A stretch of 63,655 nucleotides of DNA, filler included, from Atractiella rhizophila (taxonomy: Eukaryota), in the NCBI GenBank assembly GCA_021432655.1. It is 7 parts of 5 records of this genome, joined end to end, with 100 filler letters (N's around TTAATTAATTAA, not from the genome) between each part and the next. Parts side by side here need not be neighbours in the genome. Positions count along the whole stretch, not along the records: positions 26,951 to 36,983 come from MU271956.1; positions 37,084 to 51,698 come from MU271957.1; 5 more parts are not named here. One strand, written 5' to 3'. Under the pieces are notes generated by a model. That model was not told the DNA's origin. It did not search any database and worked only from the letters and a program-made list of their open reading frames with translations. Shown piece by piece: positions 34,272-48,126 of this stretch; position 1 is the first letter of the stretch, and each line of letters opens with the position of its first letter. The position numbers were made by a program, and so were the translations under genes.

Positions 34272-35779
34272 ATGTCCAAGATCGTGTCTCCCTCCCCAGT
34301 GCAAGCGAAGGTGCGTACCCTCAATAACAGCGTGTGGAGGCATGGGAAGAGCTGAGAGAGCGCTTTCGGGAGCAGTCGACGCCTCTGGTGTGCTCCGGTA
34401 TCCTTCCGCCCTTTTCATCTTCCAGGAATCCCATGGCTGACGCGCCGTCCAATGGATGAGGCCACACCCGCCCAGTGATCCAGCTAGAGTTTTCGTCCAT
34501 ATTACCCCCGGATTTGGGAGGCAATTACCTCTTGATTAGCAGCTGTAAAGATGGCAAACCCATGTTGAGGGATTGGCTTGGAGACTGGGTGGGCACTTTC
34601 ATCGGTAAGCCCCTTCTTCCATGTTTTCGTCTTGTGGGGAGACGTGTTGAGGACGTGTTCGTTGTAGGTCATAAAGGAGCAGTTTGGAGCTCAAAGTTGT
34701 CGCATGACGCCACAAAAGCTGTTACGGGGTCTGCTCACTCCTTTCTTCTATCCATATCTGGGTTGCACTGACAGCTGCTTGTATGGGCCAGATCGGCGGA
34801 TTTTACAGCGTGAGCTTCTCCTTTCTAACGCAAGTGAAGCGAATTTGACACCTGCTTGATAGAAAAGTTTGGGACACCTCATCAGGAGATGCCCTCCTCA
34901 CTCTCCCCCATCCTCACATCGTCCGTTCCGTAGCAATATCTCCGTCAGCGAATGCAGTCGCCACAGGGTGCCAGGACAAGCGTGTTCGAATCTTCGACCT
35001 CTCCTCTTCCTCAACGGAAGGGCAGATGTTAGGCTCTGATGCCGAGACTCATACTTCAACGGTTAGGAGCGTGGTTTGGGACGAACCACGGCGGCAGGTC
35101 ATTAGTGCGGGAGAGGACGGGGCCGTCAAGTCCGTTTCTTTGTTTTCCATCTCAAAGGGTTGCTTTGTTGACGTGGGCGAAGGTGGTGGGACCTCCGCTC
35201 TAATGTGCTCGCCCATTCAGTTTCCTATCCAGAACAGATCACATCGCTGGAAAAACCTTTCGACTCTTCGCTTCTCAGTCTAGTGACAGGGAAGGATGTG
35301 TCGTTCATTGATTTGGATACGTGGGTATTCTCCACTTTTCATACTGTGTTCATATTAGACGGTTGATTAGACAACAAACCTTCCTCTCTCATAAGCTAAA
35401 TTATAAGCCGACAACGGCATCGATACACCCAACATCGCGTTCGACCTTCGTCACTGGATCCTCAGAAGATGGTTGGGTGCGAGTACATGATGCCGAAACT
35501 GGAGTTGAGCGCGAAGTCTACAAGGGCCATCATGGACCTGTTTGGGCTGTAGATCTTCCTTTCCTCTCCTTTGCTTGCACTCAAACTGTCCGCTACAGAT
35601 TTCATACTCACCAGACGGAGAGATGTATGCCAGCGGCTCAGAAGGTGTGCCTTTCCTCTTGTCACGGTGCAAAAAGATATTTTGCTGACCCCTGGATGCA
35701 CAATCCAGATGGCACGATTCGACTGTGGCAGACATCTCCGAAATCTTATGGCCTTTGGCGACTTCCAGAGGACAGCTGA
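34272..35779 (+). CDS. STRAP/UNRIP-like WD40 protein
   Basis: PLVCS|GHTRPV...CKDGKPMLRDWLGDWVGTFI|GHKGAVW...GSADFTA...KGHHGPV...ASGSE|DGTIRLW. Confidence 0.9.
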
Positions 35780-36148
35780 TCACGTCCAGCTCTTGTTTAA
35801 TCCATCTAATCATCAAGCGAGCAGTTGGTGGTATCGTAAACAGCTAAAGAGACCAAGAAATAAGATTGACTAGTGTTTGTACCCAAGACCAAGATCTCCT
35901 CATCAATGCAGTTCAAGTCTCATTTCAGTACTCAATAGGCTGGTTACAAAGGCACGGTAATCTTAGTAGCCGATGACATTTAGCTGTCAGAGAAAGGGAG
36001 TAGTAGAATCACATTTGATAAAGATTTGTTAACATTGTCAAGAGGGCAATGTAATCAAGAAAGTCGAATCGTCGAGAACAATTGGGAGAATTATCAAGAG
36101 ACGATGTTCAAAATCAATAAATCAGAATAAACAAGACTCCAAACCGAT

Positions 36149-36983
36149 CTACCTCTTTCTCTTCCCTCCCACTTTCTTCCAAAAGTATTGCTTGCCTCCT
36201 GCCTTCCTGTTCTCCCTAACAGGTCGGACGAAGTCTACCAATTCCTTCGCTCTTGCCTCATCTGGGTCCTTTTCTGGACAATAATAATATGTGCTTTCGA
36301 TCTCCCTCCCTTCCGCATCCTTCAATCCTTGATTCCCTATCCTCCCAAAGAAGCCTCCGTTCTCCCATCTCTTCCTCAAAATTGCGAGGCAGGGTTCTCT
36401 CCAAATCTCAACCGCCATATCCATATCTTCCTCGGGAGAGACAAGAGTGAGGAGGTCCCTGTTATTGGAAAGGACTTCCCGGATCACTTCGCTTTCTGGG
36501 ACACAGCCTTTAGGGTTGAAGACGATGGCGGTGGCCAGCATTCCTTCGAGAGGGATGTTGGACTTGGAGAGGTGAGAGGAAATTACGGCGCTGTAGTCTT
36601 TCTGAGGCGTTGGCGGTTGAGGAGACGGAACAGGAGAGAGAGGGGAGTCTTCCAGGATCGACGTCGGCGGTTTGGAAACGCGAGTGGGTGTCTTAAGGCT
36701 ATCTGAAGCGACAGGGGGAAGGATAGTAAGGTTGATGACGACTTGTTTTGCTAGCAGCATTTCAAAGCCCCTATCTTCCTCTAAATTACGGCAACACCAA
36801 TCCGCGTCAGCAAGTCTCGGATGATAGTATAGGAACCGACGCACCTTCCCAACTGATCCTAGCTTTCTTCCCGCTCTTGACAACGTAATCATCGACGGTC
36901 ACTCCCGCCTTTCCTTCAACTGCCAGTAAGGCGTATCTACCATCTGCCGCTACTCGAAGTGTACAATGACGACGAGAGACGTG
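36149..36983 (-). CDS. Tos4/Plm2-like FHA-domain protein, 5' truncated by contig end
   Basis: HVSRRHC (FHA-type SRxH) at the contig edge. C-terminal GLKDAEGREIESTYYYCPEKDPD...KQYFWKK resembles the Tos4/Plm2 conserved tail. Confidence 0.75.
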
Positions 36984-37083
36984 NNNNNNNNNNNNNNNNN
37001 NNNNNNNNNNNNNNNNNNNNNNNNNNNTTAATTAATTAANNNNNNNNNNNNNNNNNNNNNNNNNNNNNNNNNNNNNNNNNNNN

Positions 37084-39260
37084 CGAAAAGAAAGTGTAGA
37101 GCGAGCATTGGCAAGTTTTAAACAGTGAAGTGTGGACGAGCAGCGTTGACGGTTCGCGAGACACGACAGCGAAAGGAAATGAGAGAAGGAGCAACGGAGG
37201 GAACAATGACAAATCTTCCCTTTTACGGTGAGAGGAAAAGGACACGAGCGCTCCCGTAAATAGGCTAGCATGGGAAAAGAGCTGACTACCTTTCCCATGA
37301 GACTTTCGAGAACGGGAAGATGCAGCGGGAGTGGTGGAATCAGACAGTGCGGTTATACAGCACAAACTCCAGCCCAGGTTTAGTCCAGCGAACGTTGACA
37401 CTCCGCGCCATACCTTCTCTATTCTCTATCTAGGACACGATGAAGCAGGTTTCGGGAATGAACTTGATAATTGTATTCTCACTACTGTCTTAGGACATAC
37501 TCATTGAAGAATGGTAGAAGAGAAAAGACACAAGGCAATTAGCGAGGCTCAAAGGAGCCGAATATGCTTTTAATTCGACCTCTTTTGGAGAAGAGGTGAA
37601 GGGCACCACTGTTGTACCTCGACGTGCAGCACTCCACGAGTTCAAAATCATGGATACGAGCTTCCATGAAACGTTGATCTTCATTCGATTTTTGATCACG
37701 GTGTCACAAAGCACAACTTTTGATCGTCCCAACGAGCAGACTTTAACGGTCTCACACATAATTCCTCCGTAGGTGTTGGTAATCAAGGAGGGGTTGTCAT
37801 GACCTCCGTCTGGGAGCGTCGATTCCAGATTAGGCGAACAGATATTTCGTTCAGGCTAATATACCTATGCGACGAAAAAGATGGTCAGTCGTATCCTGTC
37901 CAAGTAAGAGTTCGATGAAGGGCTCAGAAAATCTAGCTTTCCCGTTTGTTTCAACTAACCCCTCTCTAGAGAGAAAAGAGGTTCAGATGTCCCTATCAAG
38001 GATGGTTTTTCATCATCGCCCTTCGATACCGATAATGCAGCCATTAGAAACAGAAAGCTCACAGAACGCGATATGATGATACTGGTATTACCCTTCAGAA
38101 GCCCGCACAATTCAGCCTTAGCATCCTGTGTCAACTTTCATTAATTCTAGGGCACACACGAGCCTGGCGGAGTAATAAGGACAGAGGATGCGGACGACGT
38201 TTCACAAAAAATTCAGTCTTCGCTCAGCCGGCTCCGGAATCCGCAGTCTCAACTTTCGAAGGTCGTTCGAAGTCCAGTTTCTCACAACTTTCATCCTAGC
38301 TCTCAAAACCTGAGGAGCTTTTGGTTAGCGCCTATTTGTAGCAAAAGGTTCACGCCTATGATTAATCCGCTAGATAGACTTGTGGTTCATCCATACGTTT
38401 GTACTGAGCGCTAGGGAAGACTTTCCTGATTACGTTCGCATGAAAGAACTTGAGGCATTCTGGGAATCGAGTTCATGTCGAGAAAGGGTGTCTAAATCAA
38501 TTTGAACTCATTGATTTTGCCGCACGAAGTCTGAAAGTGGTTCGCGCTCTGTATTCTGTCTCCAAGTGTCTGGCTAGTTGCTGTTGCTGCTAGCAGCAAC
38601 GGCGTCCGCACATGGTGTAATAGATGCAAGACCCATTATTCTCTAAGACGCCTCTCATAAAGCAGATGTTCCTTTGGCTCCTTAAAGTGAGGTAATCACA
38701 GTAATTTTTTAGTGACCGTGTAGAGCTGTGTACAAGGTGACTTAGATGCGTTAATTTCGTTCTTTAGTCTCTGAGCGCAGAACCTGTGTGACATCGTATG
38801 AATGGGTAGATGTACCCATGTACGGTTAGTTGATGGGAGTAGATCCAAAAAATCAATGAGGGTAGGAGAAGATTCTCGAACAGCTTCAGGACTCAAACAC
38901 GGCGGCTACTCCGAGGATTAGAATGTGTTGCGGTTGTAAAGAAGGAAGAATCAGGTCAATGACGCGCGTACGGGTGTGCAGAAGGGTACGGAGAATTTGT
39001 GAAAAATCTTGCAATTTGGAGTTCTCGCTGATGGTCCCCTCGTCAAGCAGTAATCAGCTCCAGGTTCGCCAGAAGGAGAGTGCCAAGCAACCGACCTTCT
39101 CATACTCTATCACTTGCCCATATCCGTCGATCCATTCGGCGGTTTGTTTATGGGTGTACGCTTTGTGCTTCAGCATCTCGATGGCCCTAGTTCAATAAGG
39201 TTCCATTTCGAGAGGAACATCGACAAAGGACCGACCGTTTCGACATAGGCAAATATGTCG
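37084..39260 (-). pseudogene. Possible decayed or multi-exon hypothetical gene
   Basis: Minus-strand exon-like stretches bounded by splice-like signals (e.g. AIEMLKHKAYTHKQTAEWIDGYGQVIEYEK at about 39097-39186), but no continuous frame or domain was recognised. Confidence 0.25.
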
Positions 39261-40010
39261 GATTTCTTTTCTCCCACTGAGCGAGATCCGAGGCCTATTC
39301 ACATCTCTCGTCACTTTGTGTCGGTCCATTGACAAGTCTGTAGCCCTGCCAGAAACGGCTCGTTCTGTTCCAAAGATGAGATGGATATTCTGTTCCTAAA
39401 ACGAGATGGACATGATGACATGATATATGATGTTAGGAAGAATTCTCTTTTTACTTAATTTCTTAATTTACTCTGTGGCAATAGACATCTGAGGAAAATT
39501 TCTCGTATCCTCCCTTCCAATCAATTCCAATTCCAGGTAGGCATAATTTCTGACGGGAGAGAACTAGGTTGTCAATTATAAAGATTCACAATGGCGAGTA
39601 TCGTGGCCAAGATGGCCAAACTCCAACATATCCTCGGTTCTTTTCCTCGGGCAAGTTGGAACAGAAAGAAAAGACTCATTTGTCAAAATCTACAAAGACT
39701 CCCCATGACGTGAATTTAATCTTCTCGTCATTAAAAGCTTTGCTAGTCACGTTCGTCAGTCGACAGCGTCCACTATTTCAGGACCCACTCGAAATCGCCG
39801 GGTGCCACATTCACTTGAAGCCCAGCCGACGCAAAATGAATGAAGACTTGGAAGCTTTAAGCGGGCATCGCGGACAGGAAGATCATTTCGTTGTGGAGGT
39901 AAAGATTATTCTAAGTGGAGGGCAGAGTTCTAGTTCTAAGCGGCAAATGGAGGAGGGATATTATATAACCTCCCACTTGAGCTTTCCTTTCCCTTTCATC
40001 AAGGGAGAAT

Positions 40011-41274
40011 ATGGCAAGAGTGCTCGTCACAGGTGCAAACGGCTTCGTAGGGATCCACGTCGTACGTCTTTCTCCTCCTCCTCTGTGTTACTCTCAGGCT
40101 GATACCACTTGCGATTCGATGCTCTAGGTGGACAAATTGCTCCAATCCGGATTCTCTGTCCGAGGGACTGTCAGATCAGTTTCAAAGTCCCGCCCATATC
40201 TGGAGAGGACATTCTCGCAGTTCATCAAGGACGGGAGATTTGAAGTCGTCGAGGCTTCGGATCTACTGTATGGAGATTTGTCTATCACAGTGCGAGGTAA
40301 TGCTACGCCTTTCATCTCTTGCCATTTTACATGGATCATTTTCTGATGCGACAGGGATGGAATGCAGGTTGCTCCCTCATTGCACATGTAGCTAGCCCAT
40401 TTCATTACCAGATCGAAGACAACGAGCGCGACATGCTCCTCCCTGCTATTGACGCTACGGTTAATGTTTTAAAGTACGCGAAGCAGGAGGGGGTGACGAG
40501 AGTCGTTGTCACTTCGTCATGTGCAGCAGTTTTCGACGTAAAGCAAGGAGGATTTTGGAGAGACTACACTTATACGGATAAAGGTACATTTGAAACCGCA
40601 AATTTGGCTGTGCGCTCATTCAGAATCTGGTCTTAGATTGGAATTCCACCACTTACGCGGAAGCCAAGGAGTCAAAGTTCCCTGGCTTGGTTTATGCAGC
40701 ATCTAAAAAATTTGCTGAACAAGCTGCGTGGGAATTTGCCTCTTCAAACGACCTGGAGCTCGTGACCAGTGCGTTGATACCTTCAATACGTCCTCCTCAT
40801 TTGTTAACAATCGTCGTAGTCAACCCTCCTATGATTTATGGCCCAGTTCTCCATGAAATCAGTGGCCCAGAAGCGCTCAATACTTCCTCCGCCAACATCT
40901 ACAATCTCCTCACGTCGTCATCTCGCCCCATTCCAGACGACGGTCTTCCCCTCCTCTCAGACGTCCGTGATGTTGCCGAAGCACATGTGCGAGCTCTCCA
41001 AGTCCCAGAGGCGAAGGGCCATAGATTCATCATTTCGAACGGCGCCATTCTCTGGAGAGACCTAGTTAAACAGCTAGGCGAGGAGAGGCCAGAGCACATG
41101 GATAGGCTGCCGAACGTTCCGAGTGATCTCAAGCCGGAGACGAGAACGCTCGCGAAGTTGGATACGACTCCTGCTCGGGAATTGCTGAAACTGAAATTTA
41201 CTGATGTGATGAAAACGTTCGAAGACACGATCGATGAAATTTTGAAAAGGGAAAAGAAGGGATGGGCTCATTGA
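40011..41274 (+). CDS. NADPH-dependent aldehyde reductase / extended SDR (Gre2/Ari1-like), copy 1
   Basis: VLVTGANGFVG, HVASP, VVVTSS, YAASK, NPPMIYGP and DVRDVAEAH motifs; four introns; TATATAA at 39962. Confidence 0.92.
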
Positions 41275-42010
41275 TACCTTTATGATTTGCAGATATTGTG
41301 TCCAGCAGATCTCTCATCAAAGGGAACATGCTTCCCATTTCTTTAAATAATTCTGTTCACAACATCTTTGAAGACGATTACCTCTTGAAATACGTTACAC
41401 AAAGGAATAAATGAGCGCAATGTTGTTCAAGTTAAACTAAGTGCTTCTGGCTCTTGAAGGTACACACGATTCTACTCCAGTACGAGAAGTCGTTGCGTGC
41501 ACACTTCCTGCTCTAAAACCCAGACATTCAATCTTAAATCACGCCCACAAAGTTCACCGTGAAACCCGAAGTATCTCATTTTTGGGATTCGAGAGCATCT
41601 GGCTGGTACTCAAGTGACTCGACGTCAACAAAGCAAGATACTTTCTCAAAACTCACATTACTGAGTCGTATCTAGAGCTGGACTATTTCTAGTAACACTC
41701 GTTCCCTTTGGGCACAATGTTCGTCTAGTTTCGCTCCACCAAGGCGCCGTAGTCAGCAAGCCTCCACCACCCGGCGATTCCGGGTGGTACATTCATCTGC
41801 TTCCCCGCTGACAGGGATTGAATGGATACGGCTTGAAAGTGGTGAACGGTCATCGCTGACAGGTCTCTCTCGTTGTGGAGGAGCAGAGCGTTCAACTGGA
41901 GGGGCCAGTAGGTTCAGGAGTTTTCCAAATGTGGGAGGGGCATATATATATATATACACCAGCGCAAGCTATCACCTTGTCCCATTGACGCAACAATTTG
42001 CGGGAAAGAT

Positions 42011-43294
42011 ATGGCAAGAGTACTGGTCACAGGTGCAAACGGTTTCGTGGGTATCCACGTAGTACGTCTGCCTCCTCGTCGCCTTGTGACTGTTGCGTTG
42101 ATGGCAATTACTTTGATTTGGTTTTGTCCCATTTAGGTGGACAGATTGCTTCAGTCAGGATTCTCTGTTCGAGGGACCGTCAGATCGGTTTCGAAATCGG
42201 GTGCTTATCTGGAGAGAAAGTTCTCAGAGTTTTCCAAGGACAAGAGGTTTGAGGTTGTCGAAGCTGCGGATCTACTCTATGGAGATTTGTCTAGCATCGT
42301 GAGAGGTACGACTAGTCCTTTCATGTTTTCTCCAACAAATCATTTTCTCACCTCACGAATGTGACGGTGTCCAGGTTGCTCCCTCATTGCTCATGTGGCG
42401 AGCCCATATCATTTCCAAACCAAAGACAACGAGCGCGACATGCTCCTCCCTGCCATCGACGCTACCACCAACGTTTTGAAATACGCCAAACAGGAGGCGG
42501 TGAAGAGAGTCGTCGTCACTTCGTCTTGTGCGGCAGTTTTCGATGCGAAGCAAGGAGGGTGTTGGAGAGACTATACTTACACTGACAAAGGTGCACATTT
42601 CTGAACCTGGTGCTGATATATACATTTGCTCATAACTCTGATTGGGACGTAGATTGGAACTCCACCACTTACGCGGAAGCGAAGGCATCCACGCTGCCTG
42701 TCGCTGTTTATGCAGCGTCTAAGAAATTTGCTGAACAGGCAGCATGGGATTTCGCCTCTTCTAACAACATGGAGCTTGTAACTAGTGCGCTTTTTGTTCC
42801 ACCACGGTTTTTCTGGACTAATGATCGCCCCAGTCAACCCGCCTATGATATATGGACCTGCCCTCCAAGACATCAGCAGCCCCGAAGCCCTCAATACTTC
42901 TTCCGCAAACATATACAATCTCCTCACGTCGTCATCCCGTTCTGCTCCACTCCCAGAAGACCGTCTTCCCCTCCTCTCAGACGTACGAGATGTCGCGGAA
43001 GCGCATGTGCGAGCTTTCCAAGTCCCAGAGGCGAAGGGTCATAGGTTCATCGTTTCAAACGGCGCCATTCTTTGGAGGGACCTGGTTAAACAGCTAGGCG
43101 ATCAAAGGCCAGAGCTGAAGGATAGGTTGCCGAACATCCCTAGCGATTTGAAGCCAGAGAACAGGACGCTATCAAGGTTGGATTCGACCCCGGCTAGGGA
43201 AGTATTGGGCTTGAAGTTTACGGGTGTGATGAAGACGTTCAATGATTCGATCGACGAACTTCTAGAAAGAGAGAAGAAGGGATGGACTGATTGA
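42011..43294 (+). CDS. NADPH-dependent aldehyde reductase / extended SDR, tandem copy 2
   Basis: Same motifs and intron positions as copy 1; (TA)n tract at about 41942-41956 upstream. Confidence 0.92.
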
Positions 43295-43604
43295 TTTGTG
43301 AACACGTGATTAGTTAAAATGAAACAACTCCTATTTCCTTGACGTATTCTACCTCTCACACTCGCAAGGGTGTTGTTACAAATGGTCAAAATAATTTGCA
43401 GAAAGGAAAAGGCACTAATGCAACATTGGTAACCTAGTTTCTCCCTTGTTGGCACGGTCACTCAAATAAGCTCAATAAGCTCTGAAATATTGCTTCCGGC
43501 CGATGTTTACACGCAGATCGGAATCATCGTCCTTCTTCTCATAACATAAACAACTTCGCTTTCACCTGCACAGTCTTTCTGCGGCTTCCAGCATCACAGC
43601 GAAG

Positions 43605-45670
43605 ATGGGCAAGACATACCGCTCGCAGCCAGGCGGAGGGGGCAAGAAAGCACGACCAGTTCCCCGTGTCAAATCTCGACGGAATAGACCTGATGTTCGT
43701 CTTGCCCCTTTGCCCCAGTCTCGCTCAGTGCAGCCATGCCGATAATAATGGGACTGGGTGGATAGCTCATAACTGAAGACCCTGAGTCGTACGATCGCGG
43801 CCTGAAAGCTCAACTAAAATCTATGGGCTTATATGCTGCCCACACAATGGGGGATGGGAACTGTCTCTTCCGGTCCATCCCTTCCCCAGAAATGCCATAT
43901 AGAGCTCACACAATGAGAGCAGAGCGCTTTCCGACCAATTGTTTGGCACCCCTAATGCCCATTTGCAGTTGAGGAAGGAAACGGTCGAGTTCGTGCGCAG
44001 TCATAGGGAGCAGTATCTCGCTTTTGTGGATGAGGATGTATGGGGTAACTGGGACGGATATCTCCGGGGAATGAGCACTAGCGGTATGTATTTCTTTTTG
44101 GGTTGGTCACTGTTGGGTAAAGAATGCCTTGGGATGGGTAGGGACGTATGGCGGACATTTGGAACTCTCAGCGTTTGCAAAGTTAAAACGTCGTCGAATC
44201 AAAGTCGTGCAGCCTGGACTCGTCTACGTCGTGGGATGGAAGGACGAAAGTCCCTCAGCATCCAACGACGCTGCTTCCGCATCTCCTTCGGGGACTTCAA
44301 GCTCGACAGTGATGTTGAGCCGGAAGGAGAGAAGGAGTCGTTTGAAGAGGGAGTTGGAAAGGGAGATGGATGCTGAACGAGGAGGAGCTGTTGATCAAGA
44401 TAATGAGGAGGAGGAAGGAGAGCCACTTTATATTGCGTATCACAACTGGGAGGTGAGTTTCTCATTGCTCGTCCTAAGGTCTCGTGCAACATTTCTACAT
44501 TGGTTTCTTTATCATTTATATCACGACCGTGGAGTACCCATCTTCGATGGAAATGATTTGAAGATGCAGTGGTATAACACTGCATCTGTGCGGAGCAATG
44601 AAGGAGTCAAATCCTTGGAGCACATTCGTCATTATTACGTTCACATTTTCAGAAGTACTTGTTTCCATACGTGTACATGGATGACAGAACGAGTGAATAC
44701 ATCTCCAACACCAATTAAAGTGTCTGCAATAATAGTTAGATGGAACAGACGCTGACTATCGTTCTCATGGTAGCATTATTCCAGTGTCCGCAACATCTCC
44801 GGCCCACATCAGGGGCTGCCAAAAATACGCGACACCACCCCGCCATCGTCTGATCCGTCCTCATCATCTCCACTGCCCGTACCATCGCCTCCAAACGACG
44901 ATCCCATTGACTCTGAAGAGACGGAAGAGGAAGCACCACCTCTCCTCAACCTGAACGTCATCCCTCCCTCATCTTCTTCCCCCGCCAAGGCGCTCCTACG
45001 TTCTCCCACCTCTGTAGCTCACCTCCTGAATGGGCAGAATCATGAGCGCGATTCCTCTCCTGCCATCTCGTCCGAATCCGGGTCGAGTAAGCTGACTGGG
45101 AGCTCTTTGGGGACCTCAGTCGTCTCTTCGGAAGAGTGGGAGAAAGAGAAAGGCCATTCTAATGCTTCCACTATTGTAGGTCTCAGAGGGAGGGGATTGA
45201 GGCTCTTGGATACAGGGAGAAGGAGGAGGATGGAGACGGAGAGCGTGAGCGGCGCGAGTTCAGTCATCGGGCGACGGAGTAGGAGTCGCTCTCCCTCGAT
45301 TGGAGAAGAGAGCCCACGTCAGCGATCAAGACGCGAATCGCCCGCTCCTACCACTGTACCTACGACGACTGCTCCCACTCCAGCACCTGGGGAATCAGAC
45401 CTCTCCGAACCCGATGACACAGCGCTCCAACCTTCGACTCAGGAGACGCTTCCTCCCTCACCACCAGAGAAGAGGAAGAGGGGCAGACCGCGAAAGAATC
45501 CCGCTGTTGCTGTCGCAGTAGTTAGCGTTGTCGAGAGCACGATGAAAAGGAAGGAGAGGGAGGCGAAGGAGAGGAAACAGTCGCTGAGGAGTTCAAGCGG
45601 TAAAGGTGTAAAAGAAAGAGGTGGCGCCGGAGGAGGCGTCGAGGGAGGGTTCAAGGAACTCAAAATTTAG
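43605..45670 (+). CDS. OTU-domain deubiquitinase (OTUD3-like) with disordered C-terminus and an AT-hook-like RGRPRK
   Basis: GDGNCLF|RALSDQL, GTYGGHLELSAF and YHNWE|HYSSVR catalytic motifs. Confidence 0.88.
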
Positions 45671-46259
45671 GACGGGTCCTAAAATGCCCCTTCATCCTTC
45701 GTTCGTTCCTGGGAGACGGACAAGGATGGAATGTTCTGAAGGAGGCGGATTACTTGAGTTCTTGTTACCTCTGTTGCTTGACGACTGGATGACGACCCAC
45801 GATTGATGCTTCTCTACGCAATTTCCCTAAATATTGACTTATTCTTCAACAACTCCCATCCATCAACACTAGTTCTTCATCTTCATTATCAAGTTTACCC
45901 AATCAAGTCGATTAGCATTTCCAACGTTCTCGTCATGGTCTCTCGTAGTTGGTCAATGGTCAAGGTGTAGAGATGTTGGGATCGGGGCAGTGAGAGCTGC
46001 AATTTCTTTTTACTCTTCTCTTTTTGCTTTTCTTGATTTGCTCCGCTATCTTCACTTTTTTACTTGTGTTGCAGTGTTCCTTCTCTCTTCGCAATTCGAA
46101 GTTTCAAGGAGACGAACAAGGCGTCTCGTTGTTTTATTAGCCGAGTAGACTTCTCTTCTCACCATCGTGCAATTACTACCACTGGTTATTAAGTAACTCC
46201 ATGAATCAGAACCGTGTGACGTTCATTTCGACCCAACCAGCCGGAGCAAATAAGAGATA

Positions 46260-47951
46260 TTATTTAGTCGCCTCTAACCACTTTCGAATAACCTGTCGAT
46301 CATTCTCGCTCGCCACCCCTCTGCCACCTTTATTCCCAGGTGCCCAATCTTCAGAGTAGATGTCCATCAACAATTTGGTCATCAGGATGTCCACATCCTG
46401 AACCACTTTCCTCTCCACAGCAGGATTTGGAGACGCAAGAAGTTTTCTTGCGGTCTGCATTTGAATTAGGACGGTGTATGTAAAGGTTGAGATGATGACG
46501 CGACGTACAAGCTTGACACCAAAGGCAGCACGGCGACCCAACCCTCCACCAGAGGCGAAGTCGGTCCCAGTCTTTTCCTCTTCCGAATCGATCCACTTTT
46601 CTTTCCAAGAGCCGGATATCTCGATGACGCGTAGGAAGACCTTCCATGCACCTGCACATCAATAAGCATGTGAGCATGGCGGACTAGATGCTCGACGAAC
46701 CTGGGTAATCTTGGGCGGTGTACATCGTTTCAGCATTCCGGAGGAGGAAGAGGGTATTGTAAGGCTGGAGGAGGATGAGATTGCTTAATGCGCTTAGTGA
46801 CTGATTATATCTTCGACGACACGTCAGTTTGCTCGACAAGGTCAGAGGGACACTCACGAAGCTATGCGCTCGTACACCTCTACGAGTTCAAGCCAGCCTT
46901 CTGGGTCATTAAAAACGGCATCAAGGTGTTCGATTAGCAATGCGACTCCTTTCTTGAAGTCTAATGAAGAATCTCTGTACTTTGAGATCTTGGTGTTTGG
47001 AATAGGCGAATGGTTGAGGTGGAGCGAGATAAGACGTTTGCGGATTGGCTAGACTGCTCTGTTGAATGGTAGATCTAAGGAGGAGGATGTGAAGAAATCG
47101 CACGATACAAGTTTCCTCATCAGCGAGGATCTTTTCGTAGAAATCGCGAGCGATACTCCATTGAAGCTTGTGTTCCAGGAGACAGCCTTGCAGGACTTGT
47201 ACGCGAGGAGAGTCGGGAAATTTTTCGGCCAGTCGTGAGATGCATGCCTGTTAACAAAGTCATGAGTGAAACTTTCTAACTTGAGTGAGAGTCCAAGCGG
47301 GAAGCAAATGTATAATCAGGGGAATGTGGCGACCAAGTCTAAGCCGGATTTCAAACTTTCCTCGATAGCACACTCGAGCTGCACTGAGACAGAAAAGGAA
47401 CAAATGTGTTCAACAGGACTGTAAGTATTTCACAGCTCCCCAACCGTTTAAACAAGAAAATTAAGTATCATAGTATCACAAAAAGGTAAAGTATCTACGC
47501 AAGCAAACGTTTTGCTTCGTTTCAGTTCAAATTACAGCGACGATATTCGTTGAGAAGTCGACTGAGAATAATAAAACATAATTGCAAAGACTGCCTTAAA
47601 GCTCATTGTCTCTCATACGGTAGAAGAGACTGAGGAGGTTCATCCCTTTCGAGTTCAAACTCCCACCAATGCCACAACAGAAAGAAGAAACATAACTTAC
47701 CTCTGCCAGCTGCTCCCTGCCACACTCAAGGGCGGCGACCGCCGTCTGCTCCAAGAAAGCCCAAGCTTCATTCCGATGCAGCCTTATGAGTTTATACCTT
47801 AAATAGGATAGAGGAAGCTGGAGATACCTTCGTCTCCCATTCTCTTGAGCATCCCAGCAGCTATTACTTGCTCTCCATGCTCCACGACCAGTGACGGGTT
47901 GCGTACGCCAGAAGTGCGATACGCTTTGAGGAGGGGGAGAGAGGCGGCCAT
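46260..47951 (-). CDS. EMC2: ER membrane complex subunit 2 (TPR protein)
   Basis: AWAFLEQTAVAALECG...LAEKFPDSPRV...VFNDPEGWLEL...WWRVGSP region, across GT-AG introns. Confidence 0.85.
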
Positions 47952-48126
47952 GGTGCTTGCTTTTGCTGATCACTTGGACACAGCGCTGCACGGAAGCTGA
48001 GGTGAAGCTGGTGTGTATCCGAAAAGTTGGACGTGTTGTCGAAATCTGATCGGTGTTACCTTTTCGGGTAGCACTTCCCGCTGTGCCCGTAGACTTCTCT
48101 TTCTCACAGAACACCATTGTAAGAAG

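Noticed and set aside
37983..38017. Minus-strand ATGATGA...CTGA C/D box pair
   Set aside because: The boxes are only about 35 nt apart, too short for a eukaryotic snoRNA.
38583..38600. 18-bp perfect palindrome GTTGCTGCTAGCAGCAAC
   Set aside because: Built from low-complexity GCT/GCA triplets, with no supporting context.
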